Positions 26,240 through 36,237 of a stretch of 46,066 nucleotides of DNA are shown in pieces. Where the stretch lies: positions 1 through 46,066 of the IMG/VR virus record IMGVR_UViG_3300007959_000032, one strand, 5' to 3'. This DNA comes from a virus (Duplodnaviria; Caudoviricetes). Positions within the stretch are counted from its first letter, which is position 1. Each line of letters starts with the position of its first letter. The notes beneath the pieces are model-generated. The model saw only the letters and a list, made by a program, of their open reading frames with translations. It had not been told where the DNA came from and did no database searches. Position numbers and translations under genes: made by a program.

Positions 26240-28065
26240 ACACCCTGACCATCAAGGAGTTCTCGGGGGGCTGGAACACAGCTCAGGACGACACCATGCT
26301 GCCGAGCAACATGAGCGGCGACATGATGGACTTCGAGGTCACGCCTCTCGGTGTCCTGAAGCGCAGAGCTGGTGTGGTTCCAATCGCCGCTCCGACCTCC
26401 GCGACCATCTGGGCGTTCGACTGGCTCGACACCACCAACGGCGACGAGTACCTGTGCTGCATCTCTGGAACCGCGATGATAGCCGTCACCGCCCCGTCGA
26501 CGATGGCACCCACCACAGTTGAAGCAGAGACGCTCATTACCATTCCGGGGGGTGTGAGCGCACTTGCCGCTCCGAACTCCTCGGGCGGTATCGCGATGAA
26601 GTGGATAGACCTCGACACCCCGACGCTCACCATCCCGCAGTCCACGACGTTCAGCTTCACCACCGCCCGTCATGGCTCCGTTGTGACGGGTTCGTACTCC
26701 GTCGATTCAGGAGCATGGACAGCCATCACGCTCTCGGCTACAAACGATTGCTACAAGACCACGACCATCTCCTCTCTGGCTGACACCACACACAGCCTGA
26801 GAGTCAGGTTCTATAACTGCACGGAGAGCAAGGACGTCCATGCGTACGGCTACCTCGACACCGTGACCTACTCCCGCGCCATCACCACGGGGCACAAGGA
26901 CACGACGGTCTCCGCTTCTTCCAGAACATACGGGTTCGCCCAGCTCAACAACCAGCTCTACTACGGCTCCAACTACGACTCCATCAAGGGGTTCAACGGC
27001 ACCACCTCCGCAGTCACAGGGTCGGGCACGAGCGCGGGGGCCTTCATCGTCGAGCACAAGAGACGCCTCTTCGCGTCGGGCGAGTGGAACACCATTGGCA
27101 TCATCAACTACACGGAGACCGACGACCCCAACAACTTCACGGGCGGCGGGTCTCTGAGGTTCACGAAGGACTCCGGCGGCGAGGTCGCTGGCATGGCGAT
27201 CTGGAACGACATCATCTTCGTGGGGTCGCACAAGCGCCTCTGGGGACTCGATGTCACCGACGCCACTCCGAGCAACTGGACGGCCAAGCTCCTCGACGAA
27301 GTGGGATGCTGCGCGGGCAAGACGATGATAGGGATGCCCAACGGCATCGCCTTCCTCGCGCTGGACGGGTTGAGGAGCTACGGACTGCTCCCGAACATCG
27401 GCTCGATAGACGGCGCCGGGGTCGCGAACCTCTCCGTCAACATCCAGCCCACACTCGATACCATCACCCGACACGACCTCTGCGTGGCGGCCTACTTCAA
27501 GGAGCGCATCTTCCTCTCGGTTCCCTTGGACGGCTCCACCACCAACACGAACATCCTCGTCTGCGACCTCAGACGCAGGACCGAGAACGGACAACCTGTC
27601 TGGTATCCCTACGACATCCCGAACATCACCTCTCTGAAGGCGCGCTACAAGGGCGCTCAGGCGGGGCTCTACGCGGGGACTTCGACGGGGCAGATAGTCA
27701 AGCTCGAAGTCGGGGACTCCGACCAGTTCTCCTCGACGGAGACTCCTGCGGCCATCTCAGCCCACTACGTCGTGCCCCCCATCAAGGCCGACAAGCGCGG
27801 GTTCGCATCCACGGTGCATTTCAGGCATGTCCACGCGGCTCTCGATTCAGACTCCACGCAGAACATCACCCTGACCCCCACGACCGATGACGCCTACCCG
27901 CCCGCCATCACCGCAGAGGTCACGGCTCTCACGGCCGGCCGACCCTTGCGTATCCCTGTATCCTCAAGGGGACGCTACTTGAGACTGCGGATAGACGCGA
28001 GCGCGCTGGCACCGTTGTCCATCAACGAACTGACGTACACCTTCATCCCGCCCAGAGTCAGGTAA
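26236..28065 (+). CDS. Tail nozzle / stabilisation protein (tubular protein B or P22 gp10-like)
   Basis: FSGGWNT, G.LKRRAG, HKRRLF, VGCCA, beta-propeller-like composition, C-terminal GRYLRLRI. Confidence 0.7.
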   Translation: MNTLTIKEFSGGWNTAQDDTMLPSNMSGDMMDFEVTPLGVLKRRAGVVPIAAPTSATIWAFDWLDTTNGDEYLCCISGTAMIAVTAPSTMAPTTVEAETLITIPGGVSALAAPNSSGGIAMKWIDLDTPTLTIPQSTTFSFTTARHGSVVTGSYSVDSGAWTAITLSATNDCYKTTTISSLADTTHSLRVRFYNCTESKDVHAYGYLDTVTYSRAITTGHKDTTVSASSRTYGFAQLNNQLYYGSNYDSIKGFNGTTSAVTGSGTSAGAFIVEHKRRLFASGEWNTIGIINYTETDDPNNFTGGGSLRFTKDSGGEVAGMAIWNDIIFVGSHKRLWGLDVTDATPSNWTAKLLDEVGCCAGKTMIGMPNGIAFLALDGLRSYGLLPNIGSIDGAGVANLSVNIQPTLDTITRHDLCVAAYFKERIFLSVPLDGSTTNTNILVCDLRRRTENGQPVWYPYDIPNITSLKARYKGAQAGLYAGTSTGQIVKLEVGDSDQFSSTETPAAISAHYVVPPIKADKRGFASTVHFRHVHAALDSDSTQNITLTPTTDDAYPPAITAEVTALTAGRPLRIPVSSRGRYLRLRIDASALAPLSINELTYTFIPPRVR

Positions 28066-28077
28066 GGAGAGATTTCG

Positions 28078-29076
28078 ATGGCAACCCCGGACACCCTCTC
28101 GTGGTACACGAAGCAGGCTCAGGCGGCCTACGCTCCCGTCAGGGCGCAGACTCAGACCGACCTGACCAACCGCTTCGCCAACCAGGGCATCCTCTCCTCG
28201 ACGGGTGCCGTTGGTGAGACGCAGAAGCAGCTCGGCCTTGTAGACCAGCAGGCGCGCAACTACGCGAACCAGCAGTGGCAGTGGGACGTCGCTCGTCGTG
28301 ACACCCAGAAGCAGCAGGGCATCACGAACGCGATGAACCTCTACAACCTGTTGCAGTCTGGAGCCATCGGTCAGGCCGCGTACAAGAAGACGGTCAAGTG
28401 GCCGACCACCTACGCCAACACCCTCTACGGCATGTCGAAGGGCTGGGGCAACACGCCCACCGCAGCCTTCGGTCCCGTCGGCGATCCGAAGCCCGACGCC
28501 ACATGGGGCACCAACATGGAGATGTACTCCCGCCAGAACGCCAACAACCAAGCCCAGTCCGAGTTGCAGGCGCAGTCCGATGCCGCCGCTCTCGTCCGCC
28601 AGCAGGACGCGCAGGCCTACGCCACCGCGAACAAGGCTCCCGCCGCCGACCCGTGGGACACGCTCGCCGCGACCATCACCGCCAAGCCGACGTGGATGAG
28701 CAACCTCGACCTCGCCACCGTCCTGAAGACCTCAGGCATCGACCTTGAGGCAGCCGCCGCCAACCCCGCCGACCCGCATCACGAGCAGGCTCTCGCCGCG
28801 CTTCAGGTCATGGGTCTCGGTGTCGCGCCTGCCGGTCCTCACGCCACACCTGTCCTGAGCGACCTCTCGGGCGCTGGAACTGCCGCCGCGCCGACCGTCG
28901 CCACGCCGAACTACACTCCTCGGACGTTCGGTGAGCACCTCTCTGCGATACAGGGCGGCGCAACACCTTCTCCTGGCTGGGCGCCGCAGGACTACTTCAA
29001 CTTCTATGGGAACCCTGCGGCCGACATCGGCGCGGGCGCAACGACACTCTGGGACTGGTTCACCAAGCGCAGATAA
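28078..29076 (+). CDS. Putative internal virion (ejection) protein
   Basis: AAGGAG RBS; Gln/Ala-rich; GILSSTG motif; position after the nozzle. Confidence 0.55.
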   Translation: MATPDTLSWYTKQAQAAYAPVRAQTQTDLTNRFANQGILSSTGAVGETQKQLGLVDQQARNYANQQWQWDVARRDTQKQQGITNAMNLYNLLQSGAIGQAAYKKTVKWPTTYANTLYGMSKGWGNTPTAAFGPVGDPKPDATWGTNMEMYSRQNANNQAQSELQAQSDAAALVRQQDAQAYATANKAPAADPWDTLAATITAKPTWMSNLDLATVLKTSGIDLEAAAANPADPHHEQALAALQVMGLGVAPAGPHATPVLSDLSGAGTAAAPTVATPNYTPRTFGEHLSAIQGGATPSPGWAPQDYFNFYGNPAADIGAGATTLWDWFTKRR

Positions 29077-29085
29077 GGACGTGCC

Positions 29086-32000
29086 GTGGCGCTCTTCGAC
29101 ACGAAGACAGGTGAAGGCCTCTTCACCCCGACGAAGACGACGGGGCTGTTCGCCACCTCCCCGCAAGGCTCGGACGTGGAGGCGCAGAATCAGGTCAGCC
29201 TCGCCAAGCTCAACGCCGCAGGACTCCCCGACCCCACATCCAAGAAGGGGCCGGGATTCCTCGCGCGCCTGTTCGGTGTCATCCAGACTCCCTCGGTAGG
29301 CGTCCGCTCCCTGCTCTACAACGTCGTCAACGGGACTGAAGAGGACGTCAATCCCTTCACGGAGATGGGGAAGTCGCTCAAGGGCGAGGACACCACGAAG
29401 ACCGAGGGCGCCAACATCGCCGAGAAGGGTCTCGGCATCAAGAACAAGTGGGGCAAGATGGGGGCGGGACTGGCTATCGACATCGCCACCGATCCGCTCA
29501 CCTATCTCGGCCTCGGCTACGACGCCATCGCGAAGAACGCAGCGAAGGCGGCTATCGTGGAGGGCGGCGCCAAGGAGTTCCTCTACAACGCCGACAAGAT
29601 GATGGACGCGGCCAACGCGCTCCAAGCAGCGGGTGACGTCGACAAGGCGCAGAACCTCATGCAAGCCGCCGAGGTCATCAAGGCCGCCAACATCCCCGAG
29701 TGGGCGTCGAAGGGGCTCGCCACCGCGACTCACGCAGACCAGTACGACCTCTACCACGCGCTTCTGAAGGGCGCCGCCGAAGTCCTGCCCGAAGCCAAGA
29801 GCGGCGTGCGTTGGGCGGGCATCAAGCTCGGCGGTCAGGGGGCATTGGACTCCGCGTCTCAGGTCGGCAGGGAACTGCTCGCTCGTGTTCCGGGCGCGAA
29901 CCTCTTGGACAAGACCATCACGGAAGGTCCCATCAACGCTGTGATGACGAAGGCCACCGTCAAGTCGATGGCCGTGGAGCGAAGCCTCGCGGGGCAGTTG
30001 CAGCGCAAGCTCACTGAAGTCCTCGGGGGCTACGACGACGCTGTGTTGGAAGCGGCCGACGTCGCCCAGGAGCGTGTCCTCGACTCGGGTGAATGGCTGG
30101 CCTACGGAGCGCACAAGACCGACATCGCAGACGCCGAGACGCTCATCTCCAAACTCCAGACCGCCTTGAACGACACCGCCAAGGAAGTCCCCGCCGCGAC
30201 CGCCGCGAGGATGCAGGAGCAGATCGCCGAGGCCACTGCGACAATCGACGATGCCCAGAAGTCCATCGCGAAACTCCTTGCCGACGCGATGCCGAAGCGC
30301 GTGGACAGAATCAGGGACTACATGGTCTCTGCTGGCGTGGCTCCCGAGGTCGCGGACGACTTCGTGACGAAGGCTCAGCCTGTCATCACCGACACCTACG
30401 ACAAGCTCTCGAAGATGAAGCGAGCCGGCGGGGTCAACGAGAACATCCTCATCCCCGAGGCTGCGAAGGCCGGCGGTCCTGTCTCCTTCGGCTACACGAA
30501 GCGCGCGATGCAGACCGAGCAGGCGGCGGCTCCCGAGGGGCTGTTGCAGGCGGCTGGTCTCGTCAAGCCGCAGGAGGCCGCGAAGACAGAGCCCATCATG
30601 GCGACCGAGCTTCTCGGCTTCAAGCCAGGAGTTCCTGAAGAGGTGACGTCTCGCGTCACTACCATCAAGGACATGAAGCCCAATGCTCTCGTGACTGAGA
30701 CAGGAGTCGCCAAGCAACTGCTCCCCACCGAGGTCCCCGTCACCCGTCCCGTCAACCTCAACGCCGACAGCGAGATAAGCGCGGCGATGCAGGACGTCTT
30801 GGACGGCGCGAACCAGAAGCTCGTCGAGATGGGCAAGGAGCCTATCCCCTACGAGTCCCTCACGGGCAAGGCCTCCAACATCCGCGCTCCCAAGGGCGCA
30901 GGCGTCAATCCCGCCAAGAGGGAGTTCCAGACGCTAGAGGACTTCACCGCTGCGGGGCACAAGCCGAACCTCAACCTCCTCGACAACATGGTGCAGAAGG
31001 TCAGGAGCGACTTCAACGCGCTGGCTGAAGTCGACAGGCAGAACGGCATGGCCTCTCTGGGAACGCAGATACTCCAGCAGGCCGACGAGCAGACGGGCAA
31101 GCTGCTGCCGATCACCTCCGATACCATCGCCTATCAGGTGGGGGGCATGGACAAGGCGCGGAACATGACGCTCGTGACCCTTGAGCGCAACGGGGTCAAG
31201 TCGCACTACGCCGTGCCGAACGAAGTGGTCAAGGCCTTCGACCAGATAGACAAGGCGTTCACCGACGACGAGGGCGTCAAGGGGATGCTCAAAGCCTTCG
31301 ACCAAGCGCAGACGCTGTGGAAGAAGTCCGCGACGAGGTGGAACATCCCCGTCTACAACTCCCGCAACGCGATGTGGAACGCTTGGCTCATGCACGCCAA
31401 CGATGCCTTCGACTCGGGCAGCTACGTGCTGGGTCACGAACTCGCGGCGGGCAAGAACCTCTCCACGACATTCAAGTTCGGGAGCTGGGAAGGCACCGGA
31501 CAGCAGCTCTTGGACACCGCCATCCAGTACGGCGGCAAGGAAGGCGAGTTCCTCAAGGGGCAGATAGGCCGCGAGGCCGCAACGACAGCGAAGAATGCGT
31601 ATCAGGCCTTCGACAAGACAGCCGCGACAGTGGCGACCTACGTCGAGGACTCCGACAGAATCGCCACCTTCATCAACGGCCTGAAGAAGGGGCTCTCTCC
31701 CCGAGCCGCTGGTACCAGAACCCTCGACACCCTCTACGACTTCTCGCCTGAGACCTCGACGATGTTCGAGCGCCAGTTCGCGCAGAGGCTCATCCCGTTC
31801 TGGAAGTGGATGTCCAATAACACGGCGCACATGCTGGAGCTGCTGTTCAAGAAGCCGGGGGAGATAAGCAACTTCGCCCACCTCCAGCAGACGGGACAGG
31901 CAGTCAATCCCGTCGACCTCTCCGTGCAGCCCGACTACATGAAGGGGCTCATCGGGGTCTCACTGCCGCTGAAGGACAAGCAGGGCAACAACCTCATCTG

Positions 32001-32655
32001 GAACACCAACTCACCTGTGGCCGACCTGAAGAACCTTGCGGCGCCGTTCAAGCCGAACGAGGCCATCTCCCAGTTGACGCCTCTGCTGAGAGTCCCGCTG
32101 GAGATCATCAGCAACAAGTCGTGGTACTACAACCGCCCCATCGCGCAGTATTCCGGTCAGCTCACTCCTGTTCTGGGAGCGGTGCAGCAGTTCGACAAGT
32201 CCGTCCAAGGCACTCCCGTCGAAGAGGTCTGGTCGCAGTTCAAGGACACCTTCGGGATGGCGTACAAGACGGACTCGGCCGGCAATGAGATACTCTCGGG
32301 TAACGCCTACGCGAACTACGCCATCAAGGACCTGCTGCCGTGGATTAACAATGTCTCGAAGCTCTTGAGCCAGGAGACCCGCGCTCCTCAGGACAGGATG
32401 GCGTACTTCACGGGACTCAAGACCATCGCCTACGACACGCCCGCGTTCGCCAACCAGCAGGCCTACGTCGACCAGCAGGCTCTCTCCGATGCGACACGTA
32501 AGGCTAAGGACGAGGGTCAGCTTCCGAAGACGACCGTGAAGAAGGCCAAGTTCCTCACCGCGAAGAAGCCCCGCAAGAAGGCGAAGCCGAAGGCTCTAGT
32601 CAAGGTCAAGGCTTACAAGGGGAAGACCGTGAAGCTCAACCTCAAGAAGAAGTAG
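29086..32655 (+). CDS. Large internal virion / DNA ejection protein with Lys-rich C-terminal tail
   Basis: 1189 aa, Ala-rich; DIATDPLTYL, Y..RN, DF...T.FE....RLIPFW.W motifs seen in podovirus ejection proteins. Confidence 0.6.
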   Translation: MALFDTKTGEGLFTPTKTTGLFATSPQGSDVEAQNQVSLAKLNAAGLPDPTSKKGPGFLARLFGVIQTPSVGVRSLLYNVVNGTEEDVNPFTEMGKSLKGEDTTKTEGANIAEKGLGIKNKWGKMGAGLAIDIATDPLTYLGLGYDAIAKNAAKAAIVEGGAKEFLYNADKMMDAANALQAAGDVDKAQNLMQAAEVIKAANIPEWASKGLATATHADQYDLYHALLKGAAEVLPEAKSGVRWAGIKLGGQGALDSASQVGRELLARVPGANLLDKTITEGPINAVMTKATVKSMAVERSLAGQLQRKLTEVLGGYDDAVLEAADVAQERVLDSGEWLAYGAHKTDIADAETLISKLQTALNDTAKEVPAATAARMQEQIAEATATIDDAQKSIAKLLADAMPKRVDRIRDYMVSAGVAPEVADDFVTKAQPVITDTYDKLSKMKRAGGVNENILIPEAAKAGGPVSFGYTKRAMQTEQAAAPEGLLQAAGLVKPQEAAKTEPIMATELLGFKPGVPEEVTSRVTTIKDMKPNALVTETGVAKQLLPTEVPVTRPVNLNADSEISAAMQDVLDGANQKLVEMGKEPIPYESLTGKASNIRAPKGAGVNPAKREFQTLEDFTAAGHKPNLNLLDNMVQKVRSDFNALAEVDRQNGMASLGTQILQQADEQTGKLLPITSDTIAYQVGGMDKARNMTLVTLERNGVKSHYAVPNEVVKAFDQIDKAFTDDEGVKGMLKAFDQAQTLWKKSATRWNIPVYNSRNAMWNAWLMHANDAFDSGSYVLGHELAAGKNLSTTFKFGSWEGTGQQLLDTAIQYGGKEGEFLKGQIGREAATTAKNAYQAFDKTAATVATYVEDSDRIATFINGLKKGLSPRAAGTRTLDTLYDFSPETSTMFERQFAQRLIPFWKWMSNNTAHMLELLFKKPGEISNFAHLQQTGQAVNPVDLSVQPDYMKGLIGVSLPLKDKQGNNLIWNTNSPVADLKNLAAPFKPNEAISQLTPLLRVPLEIISNKSWYYNRPIAQYSGQLTPVLGAVQQFDKSVQGTPVEEVWSQFKDTFGMAYKTDSAGNEILSGNAYANYAIKDLLPWINNVSKLLSQETRAPQDRMAYFTGLKTIAYDTPAFANQQAYVDQQALSDATRKAKDEGQLPKTTVKKAKFLTAKKPRKKAKPKALVKVKAYKGKTVKLNLKKK

Positions 32656-32659
32656 AGAC

Positions 32660-33631
32660 ATGGCTGACGCGACGTACACAGACCTGTACGGTGACAACGC
32701 CCAGCTCGAACCCACAATCACGAATGGGTTGGGGCTGGACAGCCTCGGCCTGAAGCCCCTAGGCCTCGACCAACCGTCGAGCCTTCCGAAAGACACGACC
32801 AACGCTCAACCTGTACCTCAGACTACTCTGGGTACAGGCGTCGCGGGTCTGCCGAAGAACGCTCAAGGCGGCTCCATCATCGACATCGCGAAGGGCTACA
32901 TCGGCGTCAACCGCTACGTCTACGGCAAGTGGGACTGCTCGGACTTCACGCAGAAGGTGGCCGCTCAGGTCGGCGCGAAGATCGGCGGCGACACAGCCTC
33001 ACAGATGGACTACTTCCGCAGGAGTGGCCTCTTCTCCACCGACATGCGGACGGCTCGACCGGGAGACGTGCTCTACTTCGGTAGCAAGGGTTCTCCCTCG
33101 GGCAGGCATACGGGCATCTACATCGGCAACGGCATGATGATAGACAACGCAGGCCGTGGCATCCCCATCGGGAAGCGTTCCATCTCAGGGCGCACACTCT
33201 TGGGCATCGGACACCTCACGAGCCTTGTGAGGCCTTCAGGCGACCCGAAGAAGGGCATCGCCACCCCTGCGGACTACGGCATCGAAGGTGCCACGGGACG
33301 CATCGACCAGAAGGGTTCGGCTCCCTACGGGTTGCAGCCCGACTTCTGGGCATCGCTCGGGAGCGCCAACGCGCAGCTCCGAAGCGAAGGCTTGGGGACG
33401 GTGGGAGTCACCTCCGGCTACCGCAGCTTCGGCGAGCAGAAGGCGCTCTACGACAAGCAGCCCGAGCAGACCGCTCCCGCAGGTCATTCCGTTCATGGAC
33501 TGGGTCTTGCTGCTGACCTCTCAGGAACGCCGAGGCAGCTCGCTCGCCTCGCTCAGATAGCCAAGGAGCACGGGCTGGTAAACTACGCGCAGGAGCCGTG
33601 GCACTACGCTGCTGCAACCGAGAAGGGGTGA
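32660..33631 (+). CDS. Peptidoglycan hydrolase with NlpC/P60 and M15 (VanY-like) peptidase domains
   Basis: YVYG..DCSDF, PGDVLYF, HTGIYIGNG; TSGYRS..EQ, PAGHSVHGLGLAADL, EPWHY. Confidence 0.88.
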   Translation: MADATYTDLYGDNAQLEPTITNGLGLDSLGLKPLGLDQPSSLPKDTTNAQPVPQTTLGTGVAGLPKNAQGGSIIDIAKGYIGVNRYVYGKWDCSDFTQKVAAQVGAKIGGDTASQMDYFRRSGLFSTDMRTARPGDVLYFGSKGSPSGRHTGIYIGNGMMIDNAGRGIPIGKRSISGRTLLGIGHLTSLVRPSGDPKKGIATPADYGIEGATGRIDQKGSAPYGLQPDFWASLGSANAQLRSEGLGTVGVTSGYRSFGEQKALYDKQPEQTAPAGHSVHGLGLAADLSGTPRQLARLAQIAKEHGLVNYAQEPWHYAAATEKG

Positions 33632-33638
33632 CGACCAC

Positions 33639-34283
33639 ATGAGACGCAATCCCATCATCACGAACTCGTCAGGTCATGGCATGGACTCGCGCAGTCATGG
33701 AGTCTCCGACCCCGGCGCGAATGTGCTGTACGACTCACGCCCCGACTTGACCGAGGACGACTACGCGCTGGGGTTCACCAAGCGCATCCACAAAGACCTC
33801 CTAGCCGTGTTCGCGGCCGTGGGAGAGGGCAAGGCATATCTCAGGGACAGGGGCTACTTCGCCACCGCCGACGACTACGCCGCGAACAAGAACAGCAACC
33901 TCTTCATCGAGTGGCACACCAACTCGGGCGGCGGCACTGGGGTAGAGGTCCTCTACCGCACGGAACGTTCCGAGAAGCTCGCGAAGATGATGGCGGCCGC
34001 TGGCTCCAAGGCTCTCGGGCTGAAGAACCGGGGCGCCAAGTTCCGCAACGACCTCGCGGTCCTGCACGAGCATCCCGGTATGGACTCCGTGCTCGGAGAG
34101 CGGTGGTTCGGCGACACATCCAAGGACGTCCACGCCTACCTCGCGAACAAGCCGAGCGAGGAGTTGGCGTACCTCAACTGTGTGCTGACGTGGATCGGCT
34201 GGCCGACGGTCATGCACCTTCCGCGCACATGGAACGCCGGACAGTCCGCGAACTACAAGATGAGATGGGAGGCCGCGAAGTGA
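33639..34283 (+). CDS. Endolysin, N-acetylmuramoyl-L-alanine amidase (Amidase_3-like)
   Basis: SSGHG, DPGA, E, FIEWHTNS, GTGVEV, NRGAK..DLAVL, SVLGE. Confidence 0.82.
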   Translation: MRRNPIITNSSGHGMDSRSHGVSDPGANVLYDSRPDLTEDDYALGFTKRIHKDLLAVFAAVGEGKAYLRDRGYFATADDYAANKNSNLFIEWHTNSGGGTGVEVLYRTERSEKLAKMMAAAGSKALGLKNRGAKFRNDLAVLHEHPGMDSVLGERWFGDTSKDVHAYLANKPSEELAYLNCVLTWIGWPTVMHLPRTWNAGQSANYKMRWEAAK

Positions 34284-34492
34284 AGAAGGCCATGAACATC
34301 GCTACCCTGAGAGCCGTCCGCACCTTCGCGCAGACGATGGCTGGTGGGCTGGGCGCTGTGTCACTCGCGGCATTGACCGCCACCGATGCGAGGCTGGCGG
34401 GACAGACGGCATTGCTCGGGCTGTTCTCCGCTATCGTCGCTGCGGCCATCGCGTTCTTCACGAACCTCGCAGAGAATCTTGAGGACGAGTGA
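34280..34492 (+). CDS. Holin (r1t-like)
   Basis: RAVRTFAQT motif and two hydrophobic helices; follows the endolysin; alternative start at 34292. Confidence 0.8.
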   Translation: MKKAMNIATLRAVRTFAQTMAGGLGAVSLAALTATDARLAGQTALLGLFSAIVAAAIAFFTNLAENLEDE

Positions 34493-34857
34493 TGACGCCG
34501 GCCGACAATGACACCTACACACTCATCACCACGCTGATCGCCGACTTCCGCGCTGAGACGCAGCGTTCGTTCTCCGACCTCAACGCCGCTCTCCAAGACG
34601 TCCGCCTCAACGCGGTCACTCACGCGGAGTTGGCCGCCAAGTTCGAGGCGTCCGAACTCGACCGCAAACGGCTGAGAGCAGACCTCGACGCTTTCGCCAC
34701 GCTGCTGCACGAGAAGGCGGACTGCAAGGACACCGACACGATGAACGCCGACATCGCCGAGCTCAGGCGGCTGGTCTACAAGGCCGTGGGGATCGGCGTG
34801 GCGTTGGCACTCGTGGCAGGCCCAGTCATCCAGTGGATACTCACGGGGAGGCTGTAG
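34489..34857 (+). CDS. Coiled-coil protein with C-terminal TM helix (lysis-associated)
   Basis: Follows the holin; AVGIGVALALVAGPVIQWIL. Confidence 0.65.
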   Translation: MMTPADNDTYTLITTLIADFRAETQRSFSDLNAALQDVRLNAVTHAELAAKFEASELDRKRLRADLDAFATLLHEKADCKDTDTMNADIAELRRLVYKAVGIGVALALVAGPVIQWILTGRL

Positions 34858-34882
34858 GCGAAGTACCGACCGAGGGGGTCAT

Positions 34883-36103
34883 ATGTCCGCACCGTACTAT
34901 CTCACGGAGGAGTTCTGCCAGAAGAACGGGTTGAAGGGGGCGACGAGGCTAGCGGAGGAGTTCCCTGACGCGAGCAAGTCGGCGTGGAGGGCGAGACGCG
35001 GCGACATGCACCTTGCGTATCCCGACCTCGTGCCGAAGCTCGACAGGCAGGGAAGGCCGGTAGGGTCTCTGTCCGAGACGCCGGACAGCTCATGCCCGCT
35101 CGATTCCGAGGAACTGCTCCGCTGCCTCAAGGAGCCGACGAACGTCGTCGACCTCGCCAACCACTTCGACTGCTCTCCCGCTCGTGTGGAGAGGGCGTTG
35201 GAATGGCTCAAAGAGAAGCACCTCCTCGTCGCTGACACGGCGGCGGGCATCACGCTCGCCTCCACGATGCAGCCCACGCGCGAGGTCCACCCTATCGACA
35301 CCTCGCAGTTCGCGAGTCAGGAGTTCTGCTTCGGCATCACCGCAGACTCCCACAACGGCAGCAAGTACGAACGTGTCGACGTGCAGAACGACCTCGCCGA
35401 CAGGTGGGTGGCACAGGGAGTCTCCCGCGTCTTCGTGGCGGGCAACTGGATAGACGGGTCGGGCAGGAAGTTCAACCAGCACGACATCTACGTCCACGGC
35501 GTCGACGAACAGATCGCCAACTACATCGAGAAGCTCCCCCAGCGAGACGGTCTGGAGTGGGACGTGCTCTCGGGAGACGACCACGAGGGCTGGTTCGTCC
35601 AAGACGCGCACATCAACATCGGTCACGTCTTGGAGGCGGAGGCGAAGCTCGCAGGACGCGATGACATCCACGACATCGGCTACATGGAGCGGGACATAGA
35701 GCTGGTGCAGCCGGAGGGCTCAGCGAGGCTCAGAATCGCTCACATGGGCGGTGGGAGTGCATACGCGCTCTCGTACTCCATGCAGAAGTACGCAGAGTCG
35801 CTCCAGGGAGGGGAGAAGCCGCAGATCGTCGTCGGCGGCCACTACCACAAGTGGGACTACAACTACGCCCGCGAGATGCACCTCATCCAGCCGGGATGCA
35901 CGCAAGACCAGACGCCGTTCATGCGGAAGCGGAAGTTGCAGGCGATGGTCGGTGGCGCGACGCTGTGGATAACGCAGAACGAACTCGGCATCATCACGAG
36001 CTGCAAGGTCGAGTGGATGCCCTACTACGACCAGAAGTTCTACGCCTACCGATGGAAGAAGCCGGAGTCTTGCCCCGAAACCGAGCTAGGGGTAGAGTCT
36101 TAG
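34883..36103 (+). CDS. Calcineurin-like metallophosphoesterase with N-terminal HTH
   Basis: ADSHNG, AGNWIDG, SGDDHE, AH, GGHYH; LANHFDCSP HTH. Confidence 0.85.
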   Translation: MSAPYYLTEEFCQKNGLKGATRLAEEFPDASKSAWRARRGDMHLAYPDLVPKLDRQGRPVGSLSETPDSSCPLDSEELLRCLKEPTNVVDLANHFDCSPARVERALEWLKEKHLLVADTAAGITLASTMQPTREVHPIDTSQFASQEFCFGITADSHNGSKYERVDVQNDLADRWVAQGVSRVFVAGNWIDGSGRKFNQHDIYVHGVDEQIANYIEKLPQRDGLEWDVLSGDDHEGWFVQDAHINIGHVLEAEAKLAGRDDIHDIGYMERDIELVQPEGSARLRIAHMGGGSAYALSYSMQKYAESLQGGEKPQIVVGGHYHKWDYNYAREMHLIQPGCTQDQTPFMRKRKLQAMVGGATLWITQNELGIITSCKVEWMPYYDQKFYAYRWKKPESCPETELGVES

Positions 36104-36124
36104 GAGCGTCCTCTCGGTCGCCTG

Positions 36125-36158
36125 AAGGCCCTCCGCTCGCGGGGGGTCTTCGCTTTCT
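36125..36158 (+). terminator. Intrinsic terminator ending the late operon
   Basis: GAAGGCCCTCCG-CTCG-CGGGGGGTCTTC followed by GCTTTCT. Confidence 0.7.
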
Positions 36159-36169
36159 CGGGAGAGTGT

Positions 36170-36198
36170 TTGACACGTCTTACGCTTGGTGATATACC
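36170..36198 (+). promoter_or_regulatory. Rightward early/middle promoter
   Basis: TTGACA-N17-TATACC with TG extension. Confidence 0.6.
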
Positions 36199-36237
36199 AC
36201 CATCGAGGAGCATCAACGAGGAAGAGGGAGGTACGTC

